Below, one piece after another: positions 9,967-19,545 of a DNA stretch of 64,000 nt; position 1 is the stretch's first letter, and each line of letters opens with the position of its first letter. The notes beneath the pieces are model-generated. The model made no database searches, was not told the origin of the DNA, and worked only from the letters and a program-made list of their open reading frames with translations. Origin of the DNA: a bacterium (GTDB lineage Bacteria; Patescibacteriota; Minisyncoccia; Minisyncoccales; DG-74-3); contig JAUVYE010000002.1 in NCBI GenBank assembly GCA_030603245.1, positions 61-64,060 of the forward strand, in the 5' to 3' direction. The translations under genes and the position numbers were made by a program.

Positions 9967-9995
9967 TTGATTAAATTTTTCTGAGATGTTATACT
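9967..9995 (+). promoter_or_regulatory. Sigma-70-type promoter of rpsB-tsf (TTGATT-17-TATACT)
   Basis: Hexamers read directly. The -10 ends 9 nt before the ATG at 10005, which implies a 2-4 nt leader. Confidence 0.55.
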
Positions 9996-10004
9996 AATCC
10001 CATT

Positions 10005-10778
10005 ATGATAGCTAAAGAAAGCGACCAAAAGGTTGCAAAAACTAAAAATAGTGATCTTAAATTTAAGCGGGAAGAGATGCTAAAGGCTGGTTTGCAATTT
10101 GGTCATCGGACATCCAGAGCACATCCTAAAATGCGCCAATTTCTGCAAGGAGTAAGAAACACCGTTCATATTATTGATATTGAGAAAACAGCTGAGAAAC
10201 TAAAACAAACCCTTGCTTTTATTCAAGAACTTATTTCAGATAACAAAGTTATTCTTTTTGTTGGCACCAAGGTTCAAGTAAAGGATTTGGTTGAGGAGGT
10301 TGCCTCAGCTTGTAAAATGCCCTATGTGACTGATCGTTGGTTGGGGGGAACTTTTACTAATTTTGAAATAATTAAAAAAAGAATAGAATATTTTAAAGAT
10401 TTGCAAAAGAAAAAAGAGGATGGAGAATTGGAAAAATATACCAAAAAGGAAAAAGCCAAGATTGAGAGAGAAATTGCTGGTCTTGCAAGAAGGTTTGAGG
10501 GAATGAGGGATTTAACCAAATTTCCTGATGCTATTTTTGTCATAGACATGAAAAAAGATGCTTTGGCAATTAAAGAGGCAAGACAAAAAAACATTAAAGT
10601 AATTGCAATTGCTGATACTGATGTTGATCCTGACTTAGCTGATTGTTTTATTCCGGCTAATGATGATGCTATTTCTTCTGTCACCTATATTTTAGAGAAA
10701 GTTAAAGAAGTAATTCTTAATACTAAACCTAAGGCTGCAGCTAAAGAGGAAAAAGAGGAAGAAGAAAAAGATAAGTAA
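10005..10778 (+). CDS. rpsB: 30S ribosomal protein S2
   Basis: 257 aa. MLKAGLQFGHRTSRAHPKM and the central S2 core, with a K/E-rich tail. Confidence 0.9.
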   Translation: MIAKESDQKVAKTKNSDLKFKREEMLKAGLQFGHRTSRAHPKMRQFLQGVRNTVHIIDIEKTAEKLKQTLAFIQELISDNKVILFVGTKVQVKDLVEEVASACKMPYVTDRWLGGTFTNFEIIKKRIEYFKDLQKKKEDGELEKYTKKEKAKIEREIAGLARRFEGMRDLTKFPDAIFVIDMKKDALAIKEARQKNIKVIAIADTDVDPDLADCFIPANDDAISSVTYILEKVKEVILNTKPKAAAKEEKEEEEKDK

Positions 10779-10784
10779 AATCTT

Positions 10785-11369
10785 ATGGTAAATATTGACC
10801 AAATCAAAAAACTTCGTGAGGAAACCAGGATTTCAGTCATTGAATGTCAGAAGGCTTTAAAAGAAACAAAGGGAGATATTGAAAAAGCTAAGGAGTTTTT
10901 GAGGAAAAAAGGTAAAGAGTTGGCTGGTAAAAAATCAAGCAGAGAAGTTAAATCAGGTTTAATTTCAACTTATGTTCATCAGAATAAAAAAGTTGGAGTT
11001 ATTCTTGATATTCGCTGTGAATCAGATTTTGTAGCTAAATCAAATGATTTCCAGAAACTATGTCATGAGATTTGTTTGCAAATTACAGCTATGAAACCAA
11101 TATTTGTTAGGAAAGAGGATATTCCCGAAAGCATTTTAGCTAAGGAGAAAGAGATTTATAGGGCACAATTCAAGAATTCTGATAAACCTAAAGATATAAT
11201 GGAAAAAATGATTAAAGGAAAATTGGAAAAATATCAAAAAGAAAATTCCTTAACATCTCAAACTTGGATTAAAGATAGTAACAAAACTATTGAAGATTTA
11301 ATAGAAGAATATATTGTTAAATTAGGAGAAAATATTGTAATTAAGAAATTTGTAAGATACGAATTATGA
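10785..11369 (+). CDS. tsf: Elongation factor Ts (short form)
   Basis: 194 aa. N-terminal UBA-like IKKLREETRISVIECQKALKETKGDIEKAKEFLRKKG. Follows rpsB. Confidence 0.85.
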   Translation: MVNIDQIKKLREETRISVIECQKALKETKGDIEKAKEFLRKKGKELAGKKSSREVKSGLISTYVHQNKKVGVILDIRCESDFVAKSNDFQKLCHEICLQITAMKPIFVRKEDIPESILAKEKEIYRAQFKNSDKPKDIMEKMIKGKLEKYQKENSLTSQTWIKDSNKTIEDLIEEYIVKLGENIVIKKFVRYEL

Positions 11370-11716
11370 TGGCCCTAATCGCATCAATAATTTTTGGGGG
11401 CAGTATTATTGGGATGGGAACAATGCTTTATCAAAAGATTCCATCTTTAGTTAAACTGCCAGAGATGGCTGAAAAAGATGAAAAGAAAAATCTGATTTTA
11501 GTTATTAAAAATAAGGTGAAAGAGATAGAATTTGTCAAAGACTTTTCTTATGAAATGTTTTTGCAAAAAATACTTTCTAAGATTAGAGTGCTAACCTTAA
11601 AAACTGATAGTAAAACTTCTAGCTGGCTTCAAAAATTACGAGAAAAATCCAAAAACAAAAAAGTTTTGAATGATGACAAATATTGGGATGAGTTGGGAAG
11701 ATCAACAAAAAAATGA
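11366..11716 (+). CDS. Hypothetical small membrane protein
   Basis: 116 aa. One N-terminal hydrophobic helix and no recognisable motif. Confidence 0.4.
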   Translation: MMALIASIIFGGSIIGMGTMLYQKIPSLVKLPEMAEKDEKKNLILVIKNKVKEIEFVKDFSYEMFLQKILSKIRVLTLKTDSKTSSWLQKLREKSKNKKVLNDDKYWDELGRSTKK

Positions 11717-12552
11717 AAGCAAATTTAGAATTCTATTTTAAGCTTTTAAGAATTAAAGACTGGCGCGGTTATTTTTTAATCGCTACACTCGGATTCGTTA
11801 TTTCAAAAGGATTTTTATTTCCTGTGAGAGATATTGCTATTTTCTATGCATTCTCTTTTCTTCTTTTGGCTTTTGGGTTTTCAATAAATGATTGTTTTGA
11901 TACAAAAGAAGATAGATTAGATAAAGATAAGAAAAATCCTATAGCTCTTAAAAAGATAAGTTTTAGAAACGGTTTAATATTTTCAATTTTACTGGCAGTT
12001 TTGGGGTTAGCTCTATCAACAGTATTTGGGATGAAAGTTTTTTTATTCTGTCTGGTATCGATACTAATTGGTTTTTTTTATTCCTCTCCTCCTTTACGGA
12101 TGAAGTCGCGGCCTTGGTTTGATTTAATTTCTCATGGGTTATTTGCAGGCGCCCTTCTTTTTCTTATTCCTGTTTTAATTTTTAGCAAAGAGTTAACCAA
12201 ATTCCATTATTTAATTGCCTTTTCTATTTTTTATTTTTCTGTAATACTAGAGCTTCGAAATCATATAGAAGATTATGAAATTGACAAAGAGGCTGGTTTA
12301 AATACAACTGTTGTATTTTTGGGTCGCGAAAAGTCAGAAAAATTATTAAGATATTTAGCTGTTTTTTATCCTCTAACTCTTTTTCCAATTTTCTTGTTCT
12401 ATCAACAGTTTTTCCTGTTATTTTCTATTTTGACCGTAATCTTTTTGTTTTTATTTCAGAAAAAGGATCATAAGATAAAAGACTATAAAATAATAGATGT
12501 TTACGCAAATCTTTCTTTTATTTTATTATCCATAGTAACGATTTTTGAATAA
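11713..12552 (+). CDS. UbiA-family prenyltransferase
   Basis: 279 aa, polytopic. First Asp-rich motif NDCFDTKEDRLD and a second, ELRNHIEDYEIDK. Confidence 0.75.
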   Translation: MKANLEFYFKLLRIKDWRGYFLIATLGFVISKGFLFPVRDIAIFYAFSFLLLAFGFSINDCFDTKEDRLDKDKKNPIALKKISFRNGLIFSILLAVLGLALSTVFGMKVFLFCLVSILIGFFYSSPPLRMKSRPWFDLISHGLFAGALLFLIPVLIFSKELTKFHYLIAFSIFYFSVILELRNHIEDYEIDKEAGLNTTVVFLGREKSEKLLRYLAVFYPLTLFPIFLFYQQFFLLFSILTVIFLFLFQKKDHKIKDYKIIDVYANLSFILLSIVTIFE

Positions 12553-12555
12553 TTT

Positions 12556-12627
12556 GCCACCCTAGCTCAATGGCAGAGCAGTTGCTTTGTAAGCATCAGG
12601 TTCGCGGTTCAAATCCGCGGGGTGGCT
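12556..12627 (+). tRNA. tRNA-Thr (anticodon UGU)
   Basis: Hand-folded cloverleaf: acceptor GCCACCC/GGGTGGC, T-arm CGCGG-TTCAAAT-CCGCG, anticodon loop TTTGTAA. No encoded CCA. Starts 3 nt after the UbiA stop. Confidence 0.85.
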
Positions 12628-12636
12628 CAGGTTATC

Positions 12637-12665
12637 TTGACAGCTTGGGTTTTTAAATCTAAGAT
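12637..12665 (+). promoter_or_regulatory. 16S rRNA promoter (TTGACA-17-TAAGAT)
   Basis: Consensus -35 hexamer and a TAnnnT -10, about 80 nt upstream of the 16S 5' end. Confidence 0.55.
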
Positions 12666-12748
12666 GAGAATGCATAGGAAAGCACCTTTCAATTGAATAT
12701 TGAATATTAATTTAGTTTCTTAGAGTTGTTTCGTACTCAGTTTTTTTT

Positions 12749-12784
<36 letters not shown>

Positions 12785-13615
12785 TGTGGATAAGGCATGC
12801 AAGTCGAACGCCCATCTTCGGATGGGAGTGGCGAACGGGTTAGTAACACGTAGATAACGAACCCCAAAGACAGGTATAATCCCGCGAAAGTGGGGCTAAT
12901 TCCTGATAGTTCCCTCACCTCAAAAGTGGTGTGGGATAAAGAAAGCTTTGCAATCGCTTTGGGATCGATCTGCGGCCTATCAGCTTGTTGGTAAGGTAAT
13001 GGCTTACCAAGGCTATGACGGGTAGGGGGCATGAGAGTGTGTTCCCCAACACTAGCACTGCGACACGGGCTAGACTCCTACGGGAGGCAGCAGTCGAGAA
13101 TATTGGGCAATGGGCGAAAGCCTGACCCAGCGACACCGCGTGCTCGAAGAAGCCCTTCGGGGTGTAAAGAGCTTTTATGGAGGAAGAATCCCACTTTAGT
13201 GGGATGACGGTACTCCAGGAATAAGAGGATGCTAATCACGTGCCAGCAGCCGCGGTAAAACGTGATCCTCGAGCGTTATCCGGATTTATTGGGCGTAAAG
13301 CGTCTGTAGGCGGCATAGTAAGTTTGGTGTTAAAGCCCTCGGGCTCAACCTGAGGAATGCATCAAAAACTGCTAAGCTAGAGGGCATTAGGGGCTGATGG
13401 AATGGTCGGTGTAGGGGTGAAATCCGTTGATATCGACTGGAACACCAAAAGCGAAGGCATTCAGCTGGGGTGACCCTGACGCTGAGAGACGAAAGCGTGG
13501 GTAGCAAAAAGGATTAGATACCCTTGTAGTCCACGCCGTAAACGATGGATACTAGCTATTTGAAGTGTCGACCCTTCAAGTGGCGAAGCTAACGCGTTAA
13601 GTATCCCGCCTGGGA

Positions 13616-13647
<32 letters not shown>

Positions 13648-14118
13648 AGACGGGGTCTCACACAAGCGGTGGATCATGTGGCTTAATTCGACAGTAAGCG
13701 AGGAACCTTACCAGGGCTTGACATGTCAATGAACCTTCGGAGAAATTCGGAGATTCCACAAGGACATTGATACAGGTGTTGCATGGTTGTCGTCAGCTCG
13801 TATCTTGAGACGTATGCTTAAGTGCAGTAACGAGCGCAACCCTTGCTCTATGTTTTATGTGTCATAGAGGACTGCCTGGGATAACCAGGAGGAAGGTGAG
13901 GATGACGCCAAATCAGCATGACCCTTTGATGCTCTGGGCGGCACACGTGATACAATGGCCGCTACAATGGGTTGCCAACCCGTAAGGGGGAGCTAATCCC
14001 ATCAAAAGCGGTCTAAGTTCGGATTGAGGTCTGAAACTCGACCTCATGAAGTTGGAATCGCTAGTAATCGCCAATCAGCCACGTGGCGATGAATACGTAC
14101 CTGAGACTTGTACTCACC

Positions 14119-14959
14119 ACGAAAATGCGCCAGGCAGGCGTATAGACTAAAGAGTTAAAATCTCTTCTTTCAATACCGTTATTGAAACGTAGCTGAAAGG
14201 TAGTCATTTGTCGCGAGATAAATGGCGAAGGACCTGAAAGCAAATAATAGCCCGAATCATTTAAAGAGGCGGTTGATCCATGAGTGGGCGGTGAGCATGG
14301 AGAAAACCATACTCCACGCCTCGACTCGGGATGTTAGGAAAAGTTTATATGTTGACCCTGGGAGATCTGACGTAGTATAATGAAACTGTGACGCTGCGTC
14401 AGAAGTCAGCTGAATCATAGTATTGAGTATATTATTTACTCAAGAAGGATTCTCTCTAATGTATGTTAAACCCTGATTATATAAGTGGATTAATAGATGG
14501 TGAAGGAAGCTTTACTGTCTATATAAGAAACCCTGATTTGCGAAAGAAAGCGAAAAGAAGGGTGATAGCTGAACCAAGATTTTATGTTAAGCTTGTAGAG
14601 AAAGACAAAAAAATCCTCTATCAGTTAAAGAAATTCTTTGGTTGTGGTAATGTGTATTTTCAAAAAGATATACGCAAAAATCACCAAAATTGTTATCGCT
14701 ATGAAGTCGGAAATAGGGGAGATTTAGAAAAAATAATTATTCCTTTCTTCCAGAAATATCGATTGAAATTTCCGTCAAAAAAGAAAGATTTCGAGATTTT
14801 CTGTAGAATAATGAAAGGAATAAAAAAGAAAAAACACTTAAAGGAATCAGGTCTAAGAAAGCTGTATTGCTTGAAACAGCAGATGCACTAGAGCTCGCCG
14901 TATGCGGGAAATTCGCACGTACGGTGGGAACGTAAATTCTGTGTTTCCAGAAGACAATC
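14119..14959 (+). mobile_element. Intervening sequence in the 16S decoding-centre region (E. coli about 1400) carrying a homing endonuclease gene
   Basis: The conserved TGTACTCACC|..|GCCCGTCA is split by 841 nt, and the flanks rejoin to the universal 1390-1408 sequence. Boundary ambiguous by 1 nt. Confidence 0.85.
14463..14891 (+). CDS. LAGLIDADG homing endonuclease (single-motif, homodimer type)
   Basis: 142 aa. YISGLIDGEGSF motif near the N-terminus. Lies wholly inside the 16S insertion. Confidence 0.85.
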   Translation: MLNPDYISGLIDGEGSFTVYIRNPDLRKKAKRRVIAEPRFYVKLVEKDKKILYQLKKFFGCGNVYFQKDIRKNHQNCYRYEVGNRGDLEKIIIPFFQKYRLKFPSKKKDFEIFCRIMKGIKKKKHLKESGLRKLYCLKQQMH

Positions 14960-15174
14960 GCCCGTCAACTCAAGCGAGCTGGGAATACCCGAAATCCCAT
15001 GTTATGTGGGCCTAAGGTAGGTTCAGTAAGAAGGAGTAAGTCGTAACAAGGCACGGGTAGGGGAACCTGTCCGTGGATTAAATCATTTCTTTGAAAAATG
15101 TCGACAATGGTTGAAGTCTGAAATTTGGATTTTAACTATTCAGGTATTGATCGAACACCTAAATAGATCGATCG

Positions 15175-15199
15175 TACGAAGCAGCTCTAAGGAACTAAT
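15175..15199 (+). other. 3' half of the 16S precursor processing stem (pairs with 12711..12735)
   Basis: TACGAAGCAGCTCTAAGGAACTAAT is complementary, with three G-U pairs, to TTTAGTTTCTTAGAGTTGTTTCGTA upstream of the 16S. Confidence 0.7.
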
Positions 15200-15201
15200 A
15201 T

Positions 15202-15232
15202 AAAAGCCCCTTTGCTTGGGGTTTTTGTTTTT
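15202..15232 (+). terminator. Rho-independent terminator directly after the 16S processing stem
   Basis: AAAAGCCCC-TTTGCTT-GGGGTTTTTGTTTTT. Confidence 0.65.
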
Positions 15233-15258
15233 GATACAATTATTTTAAGAACGAAAAA

Positions 15259-15831
15259 ATGAGTTTTCATCAGGTATTTTCTAAAATATATAAAGGTGCA
15301 GCTCAAAGAATGTGCTTAGATTGTGAAGAGTTTATTAATAGAGGAGATAGGATTCTGGATTTTGGTTGCGGATCAGGAATAATAGCTAAAGCATTTCAAC
15401 AACATTTTAATTCAGAAGTTGTTGGAGTTGATATTAAGGATGACCGCACCATTGATATTCCTTTTAAACTTATTAAAAATCATAAAATTGATTTTAATGA
15501 CTTGAATTTTGATGTAATTTTGATAAGCTATGTTTTGCATCATACAAAAGATCCTGAAACTATTCTGAAAGAAATTAAGAGGATAGGAAAGAGAATTATT
15601 GTTTACGAAGATTTACCAGAGGGGTTTTTTTCTAAAATAGTGTGTTTCTTTCATGAAATGAGTTATAAGTTGCTATTTCAGAGAGTAGATTATAGGTTTA
15701 GCTTTAAAACTGAAAAAGAATGGAGAGAATTGTTTAATAAAATTGGCTTAAGAATTGTGGCTTTTAAAAAACCTAAAGCTAAATTTTATCTTCTGTATCC
15801 AGTTAAAAGAGTATTATTTGTTTTGGAATAA
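15259..15831 (+). CDS. Class I SAM-dependent methyltransferase
   Basis: 190 aa. ILDFGCGSGI (motif I) and an acidic residue after beta-2 (VVGVD). Confidence 0.75.
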   Translation: MSFHQVFSKIYKGAAQRMCLDCEEFINRGDRILDFGCGSGIIAKAFQQHFNSEVVGVDIKDDRTIDIPFKLIKNHKIDFNDLNFDVILISYVLHHTKDPETILKEIKRIGKRIIVYEDLPEGFFSKIVCFFHEMSYKLLFQRVDYRFSFKTEKEWRELFNKIGLRIVAFKKPKAKFYLLYPVKRVLFVLE

Positions 15832-15836
15832 TTTTT

Positions 15837-15908
15837 GGGCGTGTGGCTCAGTGGTAGAGCGTGTCTCTGATAAAGACAAGGTCGAAGGTCCGATTCCTTC
15901 CACGCCCA
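15837..15908 (+). tRNA. tRNA-Ile (anticodon GAU)
   Basis: Cloverleaf GGGCGTG..CACGCCC, anticodon loop CTGATAA, T-arm GAAGG-TCCGATT-CCTTC. Starts 5 nt after the methyltransferase stop. Confidence 0.9.
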
Positions 15909-15916
15909 CAAATAGA

Positions 15917-15990
15917 GGGCCGTTAGCTCAGTTGGCTAGAGCGTTGGATTTGCATTCCAAAGGTCACCAGTTCGAATCTGGTACGGTCCA
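15917..15990 (+). tRNA. tRNA-Ala (anticodon UGC)
   Basis: Cloverleaf GGGCCGT..ACGGTCC with the G3:U70 identity pair, anticodon loop TTTGCAT. Confidence 0.9.
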
Positions 15991-16009
15991 CATTTTTCAA
16001 AAAACCTTA

Positions 16010-16041
16010 AAAAGAGTTTTCCACAGTTGACTCTTTTTTTT
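16010..16041 (+). terminator. Probable terminator after tRNA-Ala
   Basis: AAAAGAGT..12-nt loop..ACTCTTTTTTTT. Confidence 0.45.
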
Positions 16042-16112
16042 GTTGGAAATTTGGTATAATAAATAAATCTTAATTAAAGGTCGAAATTCGACTAATTAAT
16101 TTATCTAAAAAA

Positions 16113-16793
16113 ATGGCGTTAGTACAAACATGGGCTGATACTACAATGATTGCTCTTCAGGATCTTTGGCAAGTTTTTTTAGCTTTTATTCCTCAATTAT
16201 TGGGAGCATTTATAGTTTTTATAATTGGTTGGTTTATTGCTATTGGTGTTGGTAGATTAGTATCTGAGGTTCTGAATCGCCTAAAGTTTGATAAGCTTTT
16301 TGATAAAGCAGGATGGAGTGAAGCTCTATCAAAAGCCGATTTAAAGGTTAGTGCCTCTGGTTTTATTGGAGGTATTGTTAAATGGACCTTGATTGTTGTC
16401 TTTTTATTGGCTTCAGTAGAGATTTTGGGACTTGTTCAATTTGCTGTTTTTGTCAAAAGCGTATTAGCTTATCTCCCTAATGTTATTGTTGCTGCTTTAA
16501 TTTTTGCAGTAACAGTTATTGTTGTTGATATTGTGGAAAAGGTTGTCAGAACAGGAGTAGAAGGAATGAGGATAGGATACGGTCAAATAGTAAGCTTAAT
16601 TGTGAAGTGGTCAATATGGACATTTTCTATATTGGCTATTTTATACCAGCTTGGAATTGCTCGTGCATTTATGCAGATTTTGTTCCAGGGATTGGTATAC
16701 GCAATGGTGATTTCTTTTGGACTCGCTTTTGGTTTAGGGGGCAAAGAAGTAGCAGCTGATATCTTAAAAGACTTAAGGGACAAGTTTAGATAG
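16113..16793 (+). CDS. Polytopic membrane protein of the conserved TM-helix-repeat type (resembles MscS N-terminal regions)
   Basis: 226 aa, 4-5 hydrophobic helices with repeated ..IVKW..I..F.. segments. No catalytic motif. Confidence 0.5.
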   Translation: MALVQTWADTTMIALQDLWQVFLAFIPQLLGAFIVFIIGWFIAIGVGRLVSEVLNRLKFDKLFDKAGWSEALSKADLKVSASGFIGGIVKWTLIVVFLLASVEILGLVQFAVFVKSVLAYLPNVIVAALIFAVTVIVVDIVEKVVRTGVEGMRIGYGQIVSLIVKWSIWTFSILAILYQLGIARAFMQILFQGLVYAMVISFGLAFGLGGKEVAADILKDLRDKFR

Positions 16794-16833
16794 TAGGAAT
16801 TCAAATAAACCTAATAGATCTAACCGTTCTCTA

Positions 16834-16861
16834 TTGACAAGCGTTTTGAATTTGTTAAAAT
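16834..16861 (+). promoter_or_regulatory. Separate 23S-5S rRNA promoter (TTGACA-16-TAAAAT)
   Basis: Consensus -35 read directly, about 190 nt upstream of the 23S 5' end. Confidence 0.55.
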
Positions 16862-19545
16862 CTTAGTACATGATAAAGAATGCAAAGATTTTAAACAAAG
16901 AAAGCGGTTAGGGTATTTTGACTTTTTTTGGTACAAAGAAGCCGCTTTTCTTAGCGGCTTTTAGTTTGTAAGAAAGTAATGGTAAGGACATTGATAATTG
17001 AAAAGGTAACCGTTTAAATTTAAAAGAGTGGTTATTAATTGCTAGCCAAGTGCTAATAATTAAGGGCGAATGGTGGATGCCTTGGGAGATTAAGGCGATG
17101 AAGGGCGTGGCGTGACTGCGATAAGCTTCGGGGAGGTGTCTAGCAACCTTTGATCCGGAGATTTCCGAATGGGGAAACCCAATAGACAATAAAGTTTATT
17201 ACTCTGTTTATACAGAGAGCGTACCCGCTGAAGTAAAACATTTCAGTAAGCGGAGGAAAAGAGAACGTAAATTATTCCCTTAGTAGCGGCGAGCGAAGAG
17301 GAAGAAGCCCAAACCTAATATTTTTATAATATTAGGGGTTGTAAGAGAATGTCGTCGGGGGCATTTGTTCTTAAGACAAATGTTTCTGAGGGAGAGCATT
17401 TAGGTAAAGGTTGGTTAAAAGAAATACCCTGGAAAGGGATACCATAGAGGGTAATAGTCCCGTATTTGAAAACTTCTTTACGCTCCTTGATATTTATCTT
17501 GAGTACCATCGGGGAAGATAACCTGGTGGGAAGCAAGCCGGACTACCGGCTAAGGCTAAATACTTAATCTCACCGATAGTGAACCAGTACCGTGAGGGAA
17601 AGGTGAAAAGTAGGGAGGTGATCCCGGTGAAATAGAACCTGAAACCATTATGCCCACAAGGAGTCGGAGCCATGTTTACATGGTGACGGCGTGCCTATTG
17701 AAGAATGAGCCAACGAGTTTAGATTTATCCCAAGTCTAATCCCGTCTCGGGAGGAGGCAAAGCGAAAGCAAGTGTTAAAAGCGCGTTAAGGGGTAGGTCT
17801 AAGACCCGAAGCCAAGCGAGCTTACCATGGCCAGGGTGAGTCCCGCAGAAATGCGGGAGGAGGCCCGAACCCGTGAGTCGTGCAATACTCTGGGATGAGC
17901 TGTGGTAAGTAGTGAAAAGCTAATCGAGCTTGGGAATAGCTGGTTCTCCCCGAAATAGCTTTAGGGCTAGCGTCGATTTAAGACAATTGGAGGTAGAGCA
18001 CTGAATGGGACTACTTGGGCGTAAGCTCAGTCTTTCCAATCAAACTCCGAATGCCAGTTGTTGTTTGTCGGCAGTTAGGCTATGGGGGCTAAGCTCCGTA
18101 GCCAAAAGGGAAACAGCCCAGATCTTCATCTAAGGTCCCTAAACTAAACTAAGTGTTTTAAAGGAAGTAGAGCGCCAGTGATAGTTAGGAGGTTAGCTTA
18201 GGAGCAGCTATCCTTTAAAAAGTGCGTAACAGCTTACTAACTAAGGAGTTCTGCGCCGAAGATTGCCGGGACTAAGTTTAGTACCGAAGATAAGATTTCA
18301 TATCAATTTATTGGTATGAAAGGTAGGGGAGCGTTCCTATTGCAGTGAAGTCCAATTGTGAATTTGGATGGAGCGATAGGAAGTGAGAATGTTGGCATGA
18401 GTAACCGCAATGCAGGTTAAATCCCTGCACACCTGAAGCCTAAGGTTTCCTTGGCAATGACAATCAGCCAAGGGTTAGGCGGTCCTTAGGGATAGCCGAA
18501 AGGCGTACCTGATGGACAGCTGGTTAATATTCCAGCCCATCTATTAAATAAACTCAAGAGGACGAAGAGTAGTACTCTGAGCGGATTATTGGATTTCCGT
18601 TGATTGCATAAGGATACCCGCAAGGGTTTCCAATTGTTGTCAAAATTTCTTCCTACGGGAAGGAAAATTCAGGAGAGCACTTTTCCCAGAAAAGTCTTGA
18701 CTATACTATTTAATAGGTACCGTACCGCAAACCGACACAGGTAGGCAGGTGTAAGAGCACTAAGGTGAACGAGTGAAAGATCCTGAAGGAACTAGGCAAA
18801 AAAGCAGGCGTAAGTTCGCAATATGCCTTGCCGCGCAAGCGGCCGCAGCGAAAGTACCCCTAGCGACTGTTTATCAAAAACACAGGTCCCTGCTTAACTC
18901 GTAAGAGGATGTATAGGGGCTGAGACCTGACCAGTGCTGGAACGTTAATCTTGCCGGTCTTCGTGATTTTTTTCATGAAGGCTGAGTGAGTGAAGCGCCA
19001 GTGAACGTCCGCGATAACTATAATCGTGTTAAAGTAGCGTAATCCCTTGCCGTGTAAGTTACGGCCCGCATGAAAGGTTTAACGACTGGGGGACTGTCTC
19101 CAGGATTTGCTCGGTGAAAATGCAACACCGGTAAAGATGCCGGTTACCTGCAGCTAGACGGAAAGACCCCGGGAGCTTTACTGTATTCAGATATTGGGTT
19201 TTGGTCTTGGATGCGTAGCGTAGAGGGTAGACTTTGAAAGACAGATTTCGGTCTGTCTGGAGTCGCCAATGAAACACCCTTCTTCCAAGGTCTTTGTTCT
19301 AATCTCGCTTTTAGCGGGAAACAGTGTCTGATGGTCAGTTTAAGTGGGGCACTTGCCTCCCAAAAGGTAATGGAGGCGTTTAAAGGTCAGCTAAGCACGG
19401 ATGGAAATCGTGCTTATAGGGCAAAGCTACAAGCTGGCTTTACTGCAAGACGGATATGTCGCGCAGTTAGGAAACTAGAACTTAGTGAACCGACGGTGGT
19501 TAGTAGAACCGCCGAAGATTATCAACTAAAAGTTACCCCGGGGAT

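Noticed and set aside
12785-12793. Perfect DnaA-box-like 9-mer TGTGGATAA
   Set aside because: It lies inside the 16S rRNA gene as a single isolated occurrence, so it is not an origin signal.
15755-16030. 91-aa ORF on the plus strand
   Set aside because: It runs through the tRNA-Ile and tRNA-Ala genes and the 3' end of the methyltransferase gene in another frame, so it is spurious.
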